Virus record (IMG/VR): IMGVR_UViG_3300007770_000878
From: a virus
Taxonomy: Duplodnaviria > Heunggongvirae > Uroviricota > Caudoviricetes
Strand: one strand, 5' to 3'
Length of the DNA stretch: 64,000 bases
Shown: positions 36,912 through 46,036 of the stretch, one piece after another
Numbering within the stretch: position 1 is the stretch's first letter
Layout: each line of letters begins with the position of its first letter
Program-made: the position numbers and the translations under genes
Notes under the pieces: model-generated
Seen by the model: only the letters and a program-made list of their open reading frames with translations
The model's database searches: none
What the model was told of the DNA's origin: nothing

Positions 36912-37736
36912 TTACGACATCGAACGAGGATTACATGGCACCGATTCCGACAACATTCGCTCAACGCGGATGTTATTGTCTTTGCAGTATGCCAGAGTTT
37001 GCTCCTGATCGTAAAGCGGGTCGCAGACAAAGATGCTCGGAGCTAAAACGCTAAGTACACTGGACTGGTCGGGTTCGGTATAGGTTACCGTTGCATCTAC
37101 AACAGGCAACGCGTTAAGCAGCCGCCTACGCGATGAAAGTGTCAAGAGCGGCGGGTTTCCATGCTCGTTCTCGACGGCAGCGTCAGACTGGACGCCGACT
37201 ATCAGGCTGCTGCCCAACTCGGCAGCACGCTCCAACTGCATGTAATGACCCACGTGAAATGGGTCAAATACGCCAAACATGTAGGTGACCGGCTTCGCTG
37301 AACTGGGCGACAGTCTAACGTCCATGCGAAGCTGCTCAACAGTCCGTGAGCCTACTTTGCTAAGCAGATCAAGCCACATACTGTCTTCTTCGTCCAGTAT
37401 AGCCAGTAGCAGATGCTCAGTTCCTACGTACAGACCATCCACGTCACTTGAGTAGGTTATCGCCTTGTCCGTCACACGTTTACAGCGAGGAGTCCTCGGT
37501 AGGCTGTCCACATAGACTATATAGCTAGGACCGTCGCCAAGCCGAGCAGCCATAAATCGTTCGACATCTCCGGCAAAGACATTAGCGTTGTTGAGCACGG
37601 TCTGGGCAATGCCACCGCTTTTGAGCAGACCGTACACGACATGCTCTACGCCGATGTACTCGTGCCGCAGGCGTTTGGCAAAACGCTTGGCTTCGGTGAA
37701 GCTATGGTGTGCTCTGTCGGTAAATCGTTCAAACAT
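36912..37736 (-). CDS. fusion of Clp N-terminal (Clp_N double repeat) domain with a class-I nucleotidyltransferase (cytidylyltransferase-like) domain (274 aa)
   Basis: 'MFERFTDRAHHSFTEAKRFAKRLRHEYIGVEHVVYGLL' and the second repeat 'LYVGTEHLLLAILDEED' match ClpA/B/C N-domain repeats ('MFERFTDRARRVL..A..EA.RL.H.YIGTEHLLLGLL'). The C-terminus 'MFGVFDPFHVGHYMQLERAAELGSSLIVGVQSD' carries the (H/T)xGH nucleotidyltransferase motif. Confidence 0.6.
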   Translation of the reverse strand: MFERFTDRAHHSFTEAKRFAKRLRHEYIGVEHVVYGLLKSGGIAQTVLNNANVFAGDVERFMAARLGDGPSYIVYVDSLPRTPRCKRVTDKAITYSSDVDGLYVGTEHLLLAILDEEDSMWLDLLSKVGSRTVEQLRMDVRLSPSSAKPVTYMFGVFDPFHVGHYMQLERAAELGSSLIVGVQSDAAVENEHGNPPLLTLSSRRRLLNALPVVDATVTYTEPDQSSVLSVLAPSIFVCDPLYDQEQTLAYCKDNNIRVERMLSESVPCNPRSMS

Positions 37737-37744
37737 GTTGTCCT

Positions 37745-38221
37745 TTACGGGACCAGAAGGCCCTTCAAAACCTCGATACCTTCTTCTAGCGTCTCGATAT
37801 GAAACGCACAGACCTCCTCGAGGAGTGGGTGAGAATGCATCCCGTCCTGCTCCATCACCAAGACGATTGGTTTACGGAAAGCATCAGCCCAGGCGATTTC
37901 CATCACCGTGCCGATTGAGATGCGATTGGTGTTGAGCAAGTTAACAAACACTACGTCGGACCGCATCACATCCCACCGATCGCGGTTAGTGATGGACTTT
38001 TGCTTAGACATCGTGTGCTCCTCGTACGAGGGAGCAATCTCAGTCTCGCCTGCCAAGTAGTGTTTGTGTCGTAACGGCGACAGGGCTGTAATTCCGTAGC
38101 CCGCTAGAACGTCAGATGTTTCTTTTCGCCAGTCAGTGACCGTGTCGTAGCCCTCACCGGTAATAGGTCCGGACAGATACACGTTCACGCCAGAAGACAC
38201 GTTTGTTTGGGTCTCGTACAT
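37745..38221 (-). CDS. nucleoside 2-deoxyribosyltransferase-like protein (158 aa)
   Basis: 'VYLSGPITGEGYD' near the N-terminus and 'TNRDRWDVMRSDVVFVNL...GTVMEIAWADAFRKPIVLV' with the conserved Glu-Ile-Ala context of the NDT family. Confidence 0.6.
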   Translation of the reverse strand: MYETQTNVSSGVNVYLSGPITGEGYDTVTDWRKETSDVLAGYGITALSPLRHKHYLAGETEIAPSYEEHTMSKQKSITNRDRWDVMRSDVVFVNLLNTNRISIGTVMEIAWADAFRKPIVLVMEQDGMHSHPLLEEVCAFHIETLEEGIEVLKGLLVP

Positions 38222-38260
38222 TTGAATTCCTAGAACTCGTTAGTCGAAGACCGCCCTTGG

Positions 38261-38758
38261 TCAGTTGGAAGTAGCCGTGCGGGCTACTTTAGTAATCACG
38301 TCAGATAGGCCCCTACGTTTCGAATCCTTGCTCCAAATCCTACGTTCCCAGACTTCGGGGTCGAAAGCAGTGTGGGTCTCTTCGTACACTGGTGCAGTGA
38401 CCTTCCGTAACACGCCGCTGTTGTCGTGATAAATCATCGTGTACAGCCCAGATTTGGCTTTGTGCGGATACAGAGCCGGTTTGTCGACCCTGATCATATG
38501 CCAGTGCTGTACCACATATCTTCGCGGTAACTGGCCATTCTTTTTCTGATACCAAAGCGGGCCGTCCAGGTATTCCCGCTGCTTCGCGTCCAGGTAGATC
38601 TCTTTGAAGTCACAGCACAGCAACTGGGTCAGCTGCCAACGGCCAGCATCGTCATACACATGGTTGATCTCCAATCGATCGAAGTGATCGTGGATGATCA
38701 ACGAAGGCATGCCGTGACCACTGGCTCCGAACAACAGAATAAGAGTGAAAGCGTTCAT
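38261..38758 (-). CDS. hypothetical secreted protein (165 aa, N-terminal signal-like segment)
   Basis: 'MNAFTLILLFGASGHGMPS' hydrophobic N-terminus. Confidence 0.4.
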   Translation of the reverse strand: MNAFTLILLFGASGHGMPSLIIHDHFDRLEINHVYDDAGRWQLTQLLCCDFKEIYLDAKQREYLDGPLWYQKKNGQLPRRYVVQHWHMIRVDKPALYPHKAKSGLYTMIYHDNSGVLRKVTAPVYEETHTAFDPEVWERRIWSKDSKRRGLSDVITKVARTATSN

Positions 38759-39033
38759 TGGATCAGTCCGTCGATAATGGTTTCGAGTTTGGCCACTCGC
38801 AACTCAAGGCGAGGCGTATGGTAGTAGCAAGCTTCTTCGTAAAGCATATCGGCAGACTCCTGGATCTTTCGCAGGGAACTGTATAGTATTTCGCGAGTAT
38901 CAGAGCCGTCTACAAGATTGTCAATGATCGACTGCATGGTTGCATGCATTGCTTGGCAACGCCGCTTTATTCGATCCTGTGCTTTCAGGGTGGCGAGCTT
39001 GTGCCGCCCTAACTGTGCATCGTAATCTGTCAT
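38755..39033 (-). CDS. hypothetical small protein (92 aa)
   Basis: ORF; start/stop coupling with neighbours. Confidence 0.35.
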   Translation of the reverse strand: MTDYDAQLGRHKLATLKAQDRIKRRCQAMHATMQSIIDNLVDGSDTREILYSSLRKIQESADMLYEEACYYHTPRLELRVAKLETIIDGLIQ

Positions 39034-39042
39034 CGTAGTGCC

Positions 39043-39804
39043 CTAGAAAGGAAACCATTGACGACGAATAACTTCTCGCCGCTCGTAATGCCCCTGTCCG
39101 CTCGACACCGCTTCCTTTCCTTCGGGTAAATTGTGAAAGCGACCGTGAAGCATGCCCGGAACGCAGTGAAAACACTTTCTTCCGTTGGCCAAGAAGCCGG
39201 GCCAGCTCACGTCGCCATCGTGGGCAATCGCCCCGAATGGTGCTTTGAGTAAGGCGGATCTACGGGCTATCCAAAATCTGCCTTTGACTATGTCCACCGG
39301 CGAGTCGACCTTAGGTAGGTTGACGCCGGGGCTCTCTCGGTAGGTCTTGTCGGGTTCGAGAACAATCCCGTGAGACCCGATAATGACATCGTCGTCCTGC
39401 TTGGCCAAGAAGCCCAAACAATCCTGCAAGACTGCCGGATCGGCCAGCGATAGGTCGTCGTCAATTTTGCCAACGAACTCGGTGTCACAAAGAGCCATCA
39501 TGCTGGCCCAAGCTCCGCACCGCAGATTGCGGCTGCTACGAATAATCGTATCGCACCTAGCAACAAGGTCGCTAGGAAGCTTGTCAGGAGAGTTGTTCCA
39601 CATCCAGATAGCCGGTGAACAGCTTTGGGCTGCTACACTGTTCACAACGCGTCGTACGTTATTGGGCCGACGGTGTGTCAGCAACCCCATCGTCAGTTTC
39701 GCGGTCATTGTAAAACACCATAAACCGGTGAGGACTAAACTGGCCAACGCTGGGCAGTAACGCGGCGAGCTTATTGATTTGAGAAGTGTATGCCTGCCCA
39801 GCAA
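39043..39804 (-). CDS. putative glycosyltransferase (GT-A-like; 253 aa)
   Basis: 'FVGKIDDDLSLADP' and 'KQDDDVIIGSHG' acidic motifs. Weak assignment. Confidence 0.4.
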   Translation of the reverse strand: MLGRHTLLKSISSPRYCPALASLVLTGLWCFTMTAKLTMGLLTHRRPNNVRRVVNSVAAQSCSPAIWMWNNSPDKLPSDLVARCDTIIRSSRNLRCGAWASMMALCDTEFVGKIDDDLSLADPAVLQDCLGFLAKQDDDVIIGSHGIVLEPDKTYRESPGVNLPKVDSPVDIVKGRFWIARRSALLKAPFGAIAHDGDVSWPGFLANGRKCFHCVPGMLHGRFHNLPEGKEAVSSGQGHYERREVIRRQWFPF

Positions 39805-40510
39805 CAGGTACGTTCAACTTGTCCTTGAGAACGCGGGTGATAGCGAAGTAGGTGCTGTGGTTGTCGTATGGCCTAGCAAGCAGGCGAAAGCCTAGGTCAT
39901 GTAGCCACTTTGTTGTCAACTCGCCATTAAGATAGAGATTTTGCTCCGGCATCTGTAACGCAGGTAGCCCGACCTCAACTCGAAATGCATTCAGCGTACG
40001 GAACCCCTCGCCAATAGGCTCCTGCAATATCAGCTGCTTGCGGCTTGCATCGGCTAGGTTCTTGATCGCCTGATGTTGTCTGGCTCGAGTGCCTAGGTTA
40101 CAGAGAACGCGAGACGTATACACGGCGTCCCATTGCCGATCAAAGGGTTCGCAAACGTCGTGCTGGAAGTAGTTGGGGCAATCGGCTGAGGCTATATCGA
40201 TCGCTTGCTGGTTTAGATCACAGCCGTAAAAATCAATTTCGGGAAAATTCTTGCGGTAAACCGCAGTAGAGTGCCCGTTGTTGCAGCCAGCGTCTAGAAA
40301 TGAGTCGATTTGTCGGATCACAGACGCCCGCGTAGGCTCGAGTGTGATCGGGTAGGGGGTTAGCCAAGGGGTCAACCATCTGATCAACGACTCCCGCTCT
40401 TTCTCTACGGCAAAAATGTCAGCCCAGGAAGAGTCGGAAGAGTTGGCATGTTTCTGGATACGTTGTTCCCAGAACTCAGCGTTGCCCTCGGGCAAACGGT
40501 AGTCGGTCAT
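39659..40510 (-). CDS. class I SAM-dependent methyltransferase (283 aa)
   Basis: Motif I 'SFLDAGCNNGHSTAVY' and motif II-like 'IDFYGCDLNQ'. Confidence 0.55.
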   Translation of the reverse strand: MTDYRLPEGNAEFWEQRIQKHANSSDSSWADIFAVEKERESLIRWLTPWLTPYPITLEPTRASVIRQIDSFLDAGCNNGHSTAVYRKNFPEIDFYGCDLNQQAIDIASADCPNYFQHDVCEPFDRQWDAVYTSRVLCNLGTRARQHQAIKNLADASRKQLILQEPIGEGFRTLNAFRVEVGLPALQMPEQNLYLNGELTTKWLHDLGFRLLARPYDNHSTYFAITRVLKDKLNVPVAGQAYTSQINKLAALLPSVGQFSPHRFMVFYNDRETDDGVADTPSAQ

Positions 40511-40511
40511 G

Positions 40512-41069
40512 TTATAGCTTTCTAAAAGCGACCATCATCCCGGCCAGGCCGAGAAGTTCCCAGTCAGAGCTGTTGGTTAGCCTCTGGTCTACCACGTCGG
40601 TGATCTCGGGCCATTTAGCACTACCGTAGTCATGCAAGATGATCACACCACCATCGACGATCTTAGGCAGCCACTCATCTAGCTCTTTGTTTAGGACCGA
40701 CGCCTTGTGATCGGTATCGATGATCAGTGCTGAGACTTGTTTGATGGAGGGCTGAGGTTTGGTGGATTCGGCTCGCATAAGTCCGGGAAAGTACCCCAGT
40801 GCCGCCAGGTTGTTGTGGGTAGTCCACAGGTCATTCTTGCCGTGGTGCTGCATCTTGAAATGATCGATGCCGATCACAAATAGGTGACCAGGTCGATCGA
40901 CTACAGCTCCGCAAATAGCGGCGGTGGAGCGGCCTTTGAAGGTTCCTAGCTCTACCACCAACCCGATAATTGGAACCTCGTTTAGAATCGTGTCATATAG
41001 GAATTCGAGTTCTTTGACTGTTGTCAGCCCCTCAATTCCCATAGCCATGCTAACTCGCTGAAACTTCAT
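40512..41069 (-). CDS. SAM-dependent O-methyltransferase, TylF/MycF (Methyltransf_24)-like (185 aa)
   Basis: 'GLVVELGTFKGRSTAAICGA' and 'GVIILHDYGS'. Confidence 0.55.
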   Translation of the reverse strand: MKFQRVSMAMGIEGLTTVKELEFLYDTILNEVPIIGLVVELGTFKGRSTAAICGAVVDRPGHLFVIGIDHFKMQHHGKNDLWTTHNNLAALGYFPGLMRAESTKPQPSIKQVSALIIDTDHKASVLNKELDEWLPKIVDGGVIILHDYGSAKWPEITDVVDQRLTNSSDWELLGLAGMMVAFRKL

Positions 41070-41676
41070 CGGTCATCCCCTGGAAGCACGCAAATTGAGA
41101 GAGGTCTGGGTAGATTTCCTGTTGATCGGCATTGTAATCCGGCAAACGACTCAGCCGTAGAAGGCCTGCTGCTGCGAAGACAGGGTCGAGCGTGTAGTGC
41201 CAGCCCACCATTTCGATATCATCCTCTCGTAGTGGCACCTCCGGATGTCGTCCCGAAAAGCGAGCTTCACGGAGCCACCGATCGGCGTCCGGATCGTCGT
41301 GAAGAATCATACCACCGCGACCGGCGTTGAGGATTTTGGAGAAGTGGAAGGACAGGCATTGCATACGACCAGGTACGAACATGCCGCTGGTGAATCTCTT
41401 GGCCGAATCCCAAATACAGGTGTCACCAAGCTGGTATTCACCAGACCAGGTCCAGTCGGCGAAGCGGACGCGGCCGCCTGCATGAATGATCTCGCAAGGT
41501 ACAGACACATAGGTCCGCTTCGGAATTTTGATGTAAGGTTGTTTGTCTACGTGTTCGTGTTTGCAGCAGAGAAAGAGGGCGTGGGTGCAACTATCGACTG
41601 CCACCGCATAAGGGGCACCGCAGTACTTGGCCACCTCTCGCTCAAACTCTTCAACCACTACATAGGGGTTGCTCAT
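41050..41676 (-). CDS. DegT/DnrJ/EryC1/StrS-family (sugar aminotransferase/dehydratase-like) protein, short form (208 aa)
   Basis: 'EFEREVAKYCGAPYAVAVDSCTHALFLC' (compare 'FE.EFA.Y.G.KYAVAV.SGT.AL.LAL') and 'LSFHFSKILNAGRGGMIL' (PLP-Lys context 'SFH..K...GEGGMI'). Confidence 0.5.
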   Translation of the reverse strand: MSNPYVVVEEFEREVAKYCGAPYAVAVDSCTHALFLCCKHEHVDKQPYIKIPKRTYVSVPCEIIHAGGRVRFADWTWSGEYQLGDTCIWDSAKRFTSGMFVPGRMQCLSFHFSKILNAGRGGMILHDDPDADRWLREARFSGRHPEVPLREDDIEMVGWHYTLDPVFAAAGLLRLSRLPDYNADQQEIYPDLSQFACFQGMTDEVSAS

Positions 41677-41678
41677 AA

Positions 41679-42719
41679 TCAGTCCTCATAAATCCAGTTA
41701 GGATTCGCCCGTACCCACTCGATGATACGGTCTAGTGTTGTGTCTAGTTCGAACGGGTAGTTAAACCCGCTCGCTCGCAATAAGTTGTCTTGCAGTGCGT
41801 ATCGGCGATCGTATCCGGGTCGAACAGTGTCGCCGTGTACCAGTCGTGTTTTGGCGACCACACCTAGCTTGCCCGCCACTCTGTGCACAAGCTCGCCTAC
41901 ATTAAGCTCAGTCTCTCCGATTATGTGAAATCGATCGGGGCGGTCTTCTGGGTGCCGGAAAGCAGTCGGTGGGCCCTGTTTACAGATATAGACTAGTGCC
42001 GCCGCCATGTTTTTTGCGTCGAGCCAAACTCGCCTAGCCAGTTTGTTATCCGACTCACCGTGCAGCACGATTGGTTTGTCGTTGGTAAGCCTGTTGATAA
42101 CCATTGGCAAGAATTTCTCTGGATCTTGCCACTCACCTACTGCGTTCATGGTATTGGTGATTACCACGGGAACGTTGTACGTTCGCCAGTAAGATGTGGC
42201 AAGAGCCTCTTGAGCTGCCTTGCTTGCTGCGTAAGGGTTGCTAGGCAGCATTGAAGACCACTCTGCGTGACCAGGCCCACTCCAGCCGGAGTCGCCGTAA
42301 ACCTCGTCAGTGCTAACCTGTATAAAAACTCGCGGCTTGCCAACGCGAGCCAGTTCCAACATGTTGTAGACCAGGTGTACGTTGTTCAGCCAGCAAGCCC
42401 CTGGGCGGTCAATAGAGCGAGCAACATGGCTATCGCTGGCCATGTTAATCCAGTAGTCAATCGGTCCGGCGTCAAATAGTTCGTTACGGAATGGGGTTGT
42501 GAATTCGTGGGATAAATCCCATTGCATTAGCTTGAGACGATCCCATTGCTCTGGTGTTACGTTTTTTTGAACGGCCTGCAGTCGCGACGGGCTGCTTCGA
42601 TGTCGGAGTTGCCAGCTATCGATTCCGACCAGGTCCCAGTCGGTATGTTCCAAAATCCACTGGGCGGTGTGCGACCCGATGAATCCGCCGACACCTGTCA
42701 ATAATGCTCTGGTCGTCAT
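41679..42719 (-). CDS. rmlB: dTDP-glucose 4,6-dehydratase (RmlB)-like NAD-dependent epimerase/dehydratase (346 aa)
   Basis: 'LLTGVGGFIGSH', 'VSTDEVYG', 'YAASKAAQEALATSYWRTYNVPVVITNTMNAVGEWQDPEKFLPMVI' (YxxxK catalytic context and the RmlB-specific 'QxPEKLIP' motif). Confidence 0.8.
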   Translation of the reverse strand: MTTRALLTGVGGFIGSHTAQWILEHTDWDLVGIDSWQLRHRSSPSRLQAVQKNVTPEQWDRLKLMQWDLSHEFTTPFRNELFDAGPIDYWINMASDSHVARSIDRPGACWLNNVHLVYNMLELARVGKPRVFIQVSTDEVYGDSGWSGPGHAEWSSMLPSNPYAASKAAQEALATSYWRTYNVPVVITNTMNAVGEWQDPEKFLPMVINRLTNDKPIVLHGESDNKLARRVWLDAKNMAAALVYICKQGPPTAFRHPEDRPDRFHIIGETELNVGELVHRVAGKLGVVAKTRLVHGDTVRPGYDRRYALQDNLLRASGFNYPFELDTTLDRIIEWVRANPNWIYED

Positions 42720-43606
42720 GCCGTAAATTCCTTGCGGTCAGTATCGTCGGGGAAGACGTCAAGCTTGACATCGTCGTAGCCCCATGCCTTCCAATTCTGG
42801 TCAGTGCCGTGGATTCCATGGCGACCAGTGTATTGCACGCGGTTGACCACCGTATGCACTTTGCATAATCCTTTGTTGAAGCAGGCAAGGGCCGTACAGG
42901 CGTCTTGCCCGCTCGGCCATTTGCTGCCTCGTTGAAGCATTTCCGCCCCTAGACCGCACCAAGTGCCAGCCGTAAAGGGTCGGGGACCACGCGGAGCCAC
43001 GGCGTTCTGCACCAATCCTCGCATGAAGGTTCGGATGTGCTCATGGGGTCGCTTGGAATAGTGTCGCCCGTCGAGGAAGTTCCGCTCGTACTCGTATAGA
43101 ATCGCCTTAATACCTTCCCAGGCATTGCGGGGCATAACGTATGCCGTCCAGTGCACGTTGCTGGCCGTAACCTTGTCTAGCAAGGGTTTCTTGGCTTCAC
43201 TAGACAGCTTGCAGAGATTCCACACACTGGTCGCCGCGACGTTGTCGTAGTTCGCTTCCGCCCAGTCCTGGAGGTTCTCAGACAAGGCAAAGAAGTTAGG
43301 AGCAACAACCACGTCGTCTTCCAGAAGGATCATTCGGTCGAATGCCTCTAGGTCGAGAATGGTTCTGCGGGCGTTTATGATGTTACGTCCGCAACCGAGA
43401 CCTACCCTGTTCCGAATCACCCGCAAGTCCTTAATACCCGACTCACGAAGGATTTTCTCGTTCTCGTCCTGCGTTGACCCGGAACCTCCGTCCAGAAACG
43501 CGTAGAACGGTAGCGTCTGGGATTCAGGGTTACTGACAATAGACGCTACCAGCATTCGGAAATAATCAGGGCGGTTAAAAGCTACTAGGGCTACGGCAGT
43601 CGCCAT
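42716..43606 (-). CDS. putative glycosyltransferase, GT-A fold (296 aa)
   Basis: 'VALVAFNRPDYFRMLVASI' and 'MILLEDDVVVAPNFF' (DxD-type). Confidence 0.5.
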   Translation of the reverse strand: MATAVALVAFNRPDYFRMLVASIVSNPESQTLPFYAFLDGGSGSTQDENEKILRESGIKDLRVIRNRVGLGCGRNIINARRTILDLEAFDRMILLEDDVVVAPNFFALSENLQDWAEANYDNVAATSVWNLCKLSSEAKKPLLDKVTASNVHWTAYVMPRNAWEGIKAILYEYERNFLDGRHYSKRPHEHIRTFMRGLVQNAVAPRGPRPFTAGTWCGLGAEMLQRGSKWPSGQDACTALACFNKGLCKVHTVVNRVQYTGRHGIHGTDQNWKAWGYDDVKLDVFPDDTDRKEFTA

Positions 43607-43866
43607 CAGATCTCCTCGTCGTCGTCAGCTATTGGCAGTGTGCAGAGGTGGGATGCTTCGCAAAAATCACACACTACCACTTCTGGTAGGCAGATCACGA
43701 TGCGGTCCACTACCTCCTCGAAGTAGTCATACGAGGACTCCGAGTCCTCGTCGGTGTCGTCGGCCTCAGCAGCAGGAACGTCATCCCAAATGATCCGCTC
43801 TAGGTTCTCGCGGCCACAGGAGTTGCAGTCCCAGATAAACGCTTGGTGTAGCTCAGCCTTGTCCAT
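43606..43866 (-). CDS. small acidic Cys-containing protein (86 aa)
   Basis: ORF with start/stop coupling. Confidence 0.35.
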   Translation of the reverse strand: MDKAELHQAFIWDCNSCGRENLERIIWDDVPAAEADDTDEDSESSYDYFEEVVDRIVICLPEVVVCDFCEASHLCTLPIADDDEEI

Positions 43867-44013
43867 TGGACATCCTTTCTAAAAGGGGCGTACACAAGCA
43901 TTCTATCGTAGATACCTAGTTCTCCGCAAATATCAACGCCGCAACGACGATGTAGGCCATGGCCACAAACAACCAAACGGCGATTGTGTAGGCTACGTCG
44001 AGTAGTCGATTGT

Positions 44014-44505
44014 TCATCGAGGTGCCTCGGTAAGTAGGTCCACTGAATTCTCGAAGATCTGCACCAGGATAGGTGGCATCCCAAAACGGTCGGCGTTGTG
44101 CTCGATCGATTTGCGAATATTGCCGTCGTTGTGCCGCTCGCTTGCGGCCTTCCAGTCGCAGAGCATCTCGAGCAAGTCGACGAGATTCATGTCGGCGATG
44201 CCGTTTTTGTGATGTTCTGGATGGTGCCGGTTGTTGGCGTAATGATGCTCGAGTGCCGGGCCCAACGCCTGACGAAACTCTTCGTACTGGGCCGAGCCGT
44301 AAGTTACGTCGCGTAATTTGTCGGTGTACTCTGCGAATAGCTCCACCTCCGGTGTTGCCAGCTTAGACTGGTCGTGTAACTCGCCACGTCGTAGCAATTC
44401 GGTAGCCATGCAGTTGAGCAAGTTACGCACACGCTCAATATGCCGCATGGTTTCATAGTTGGCCGTAGCTTGGTCGAGGGTGAGTCCCTCAATCGTCGTG
44501 GACAT
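44014..44505 (-). CDS. HD-domain phosphohydrolase-like protein (163 aa)
   Basis: 'LLRRGELHDQSKL' (LHDxxK) and 'NNRHHPEHH'. Confidence 0.45.
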   Translation of the reverse strand: MSTTIEGLTLDQATANYETMRHIERVRNLLNCMATELLRRGELHDQSKLATPEVELFAEYTDKLRDVTYGSAQYEEFRQALGPALEHHYANNRHHPEHHKNGIADMNLVDLLEMLCDWKAASERHNDGNIRKSIEHNADRFGMPPILVQIFENSVDLLTEAPR

Positions 44506-44597
44506 TTCTGTCCTCCGTCAGTATGATACTTTGCCGTAACGACAAACCACCACAGTCGTGCCGGTCCTTAGCTGCGTGGTAGTGAAACAGGTCGGGG

Positions 44598-45005
44598 TTA
44601 TTCTCCGCAGCTCGGCGAATGTGCCCGATCAGGGCTCCCCGTCCCGCACGCCGCTGCCATCGCTTCGGGAATGCTCTCTGAGCCACTTGCCAAGTGCTCA
44701 CTATTGTCTCCGGCGATCGCTGTAAGCATTCGGTAATCGATCGGACGAAGTCCGTCATTGATATCTCCTTCGTCAGCCGGACTGGCGGCTACGAAAGTGT
44801 CCGCTGTCATTTGTGCGATAGTCTCGGTGACTCGGCGGGCCATCTGCCAGTGCCGCTCGTGCTGGCCTTCTGGGCAGCCTTCGGCTTCCCATATGGTGTA
44901 GGCAATGTCGGCTATAAATTGGTCATCGTTGTAGGCGAAACGAAACAACTCCAGCACGTAACCGCTGTAGTCAGCTCCAAGGTCTGCATCAGGTACAAGT
45001 GCCAT
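44598..45005 (-). CDS. hypothetical protein (135 aa)
   Basis: ORF. Confidence 0.35.
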   Translation of the reverse strand: MALVPDADLGADYSGYVLELFRFAYNDDQFIADIAYTIWEAEGCPEGQHERHWQMARRVTETIAQMTADTFVAASPADEGDINDGLRPIDYRMLTAIAGDNSEHLASGSESIPEAMAAACGTGSPDRAHSPSCGE

Positions 45006-45536
45006 TTAAGGCTCCCAAGTATGGTCGGCAGTTCTGGCTATCGATCCGCTGCCAATCTTGCCGGTGATTAGTAAGTGTTCTACGTTGGCCTCTTTGAACA
45101 TTTCCTTGGCCTTCGCGATCTCTTCCGCCCAAGCGTTACTTGGCTTGAGTTTCGTGTACATGTCGTCGAAGTCCTGATGGGAAACTACCGTCGTGATGCC
45201 CGCCTCGATAATGGCTCGGCAACAACGTAAGCAAGCAGCCCAACAGACTACGAGGTGCATTCCCTCGGTCTTAACGCCGTCCCTTGCTGCACGGAGAATT
45301 GTGTCTTCTTCCCCGTGAATCATGTAGTCGTACTTGTGGGTTGTCTGGCGTGTAACGGAGACGTTGATTCCTTCCGGAAACTTGTTACATCCGCCAACAA
45401 GTACGACACCCGTTGCCGGATCCACTAGGACCGCTCCGTTACGGGTGTTTGGATCGTCGCTAGCCCATGACTGCCGGTAGGCGTACATCATAAGACGGCG
45501 ATAATCCATATTGGGAACGACGATTTGACCGGGCAT
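45006..45536 (-). CDS. dCMP deaminase (CMP/dCMP-type zinc deaminase; 176 aa)
   Basis: 'HGEEDTILRAA...GMHLVVCWAACLRCCRAIIEAGITTVV' matches the (H/C)AE...PC..C zinc-binding signature. Confidence 0.7.
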   Translation of the reverse strand: MPGQIVVPNMDYRRLMMYAYRQSWASDDPNTRNGAVLVDPATGVVLVGGCNKFPEGINVSVTRQTTHKYDYMIHGEEDTILRAARDGVKTEGMHLVVCWAACLRCCRAIIEAGITTVVSHQDFDDMYTKLKPSNAWAEEIAKAKEMFKEANVEHLLITGKIGSGSIARTADHTWEP

Positions 45537-45910
45537 TAGCTGCCTCTGTATCCGGGGAACATGGCTTTGAATTCCCTTAAGATTACAGAGGCTCGTCCCT
45601 TCTTCTCTAACAACTCGGCCATAGTTTCAGCGGCCCTGTGGTTGTGTGAGTGTACGACGTACACGGACACAGGGTCAGTGAACTTCAACGGGTCAGTGAT
45701 CCATCGAACTACAGCCATGCCGCAGTCGTCCCGCAGCGGGTCCACAAAACTCTCGCCACCTAGGTCGTGGTCAAGAAACACCACGTCATAAGGCTTCTGC
45801 TGCATGGCCTTGATACAGTCGACGGCGGTGTCGACCGTATCCGCGTGAGGGTAGTAGGTGAGAAACACCTTAGTCCTCGCCGGATTGTCGTCGAGAAATA
45901 GCACGTTCAT
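45536..45910 (-). CDS. stand-alone CheY-like receiver (REC) domain protein (124 aa)
   Basis: 'MNVLFLDDNPARTKVF...KPYDVVFLDHDLGGES' (acidic pocket and phospho-acceptor Asp context). No output domain. Confidence 0.55.
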   Translation of the reverse strand: MNVLFLDDNPARTKVFLTYYPHADTVDTAVDCIKAMQQKPYDVVFLDHDLGGESFVDPLRDDCGMAVVRWITDPLKFTDPVSVYVVHSHNHRAAETMAELLEKKGRASVILREFKAMFPGYRGS

Positions 45911-46036
45911 TTTCCAGCTCCGCTATGCGTCGCTTTGCGTTAGTCAACTCGGCCTTGAGACGTTTGCGTTCCTTTGCAAATGTGTTAATCAGTGACCGCA
46001 GTAAGCGGATTTGGATCTTGTCGACGGTAGACATGG

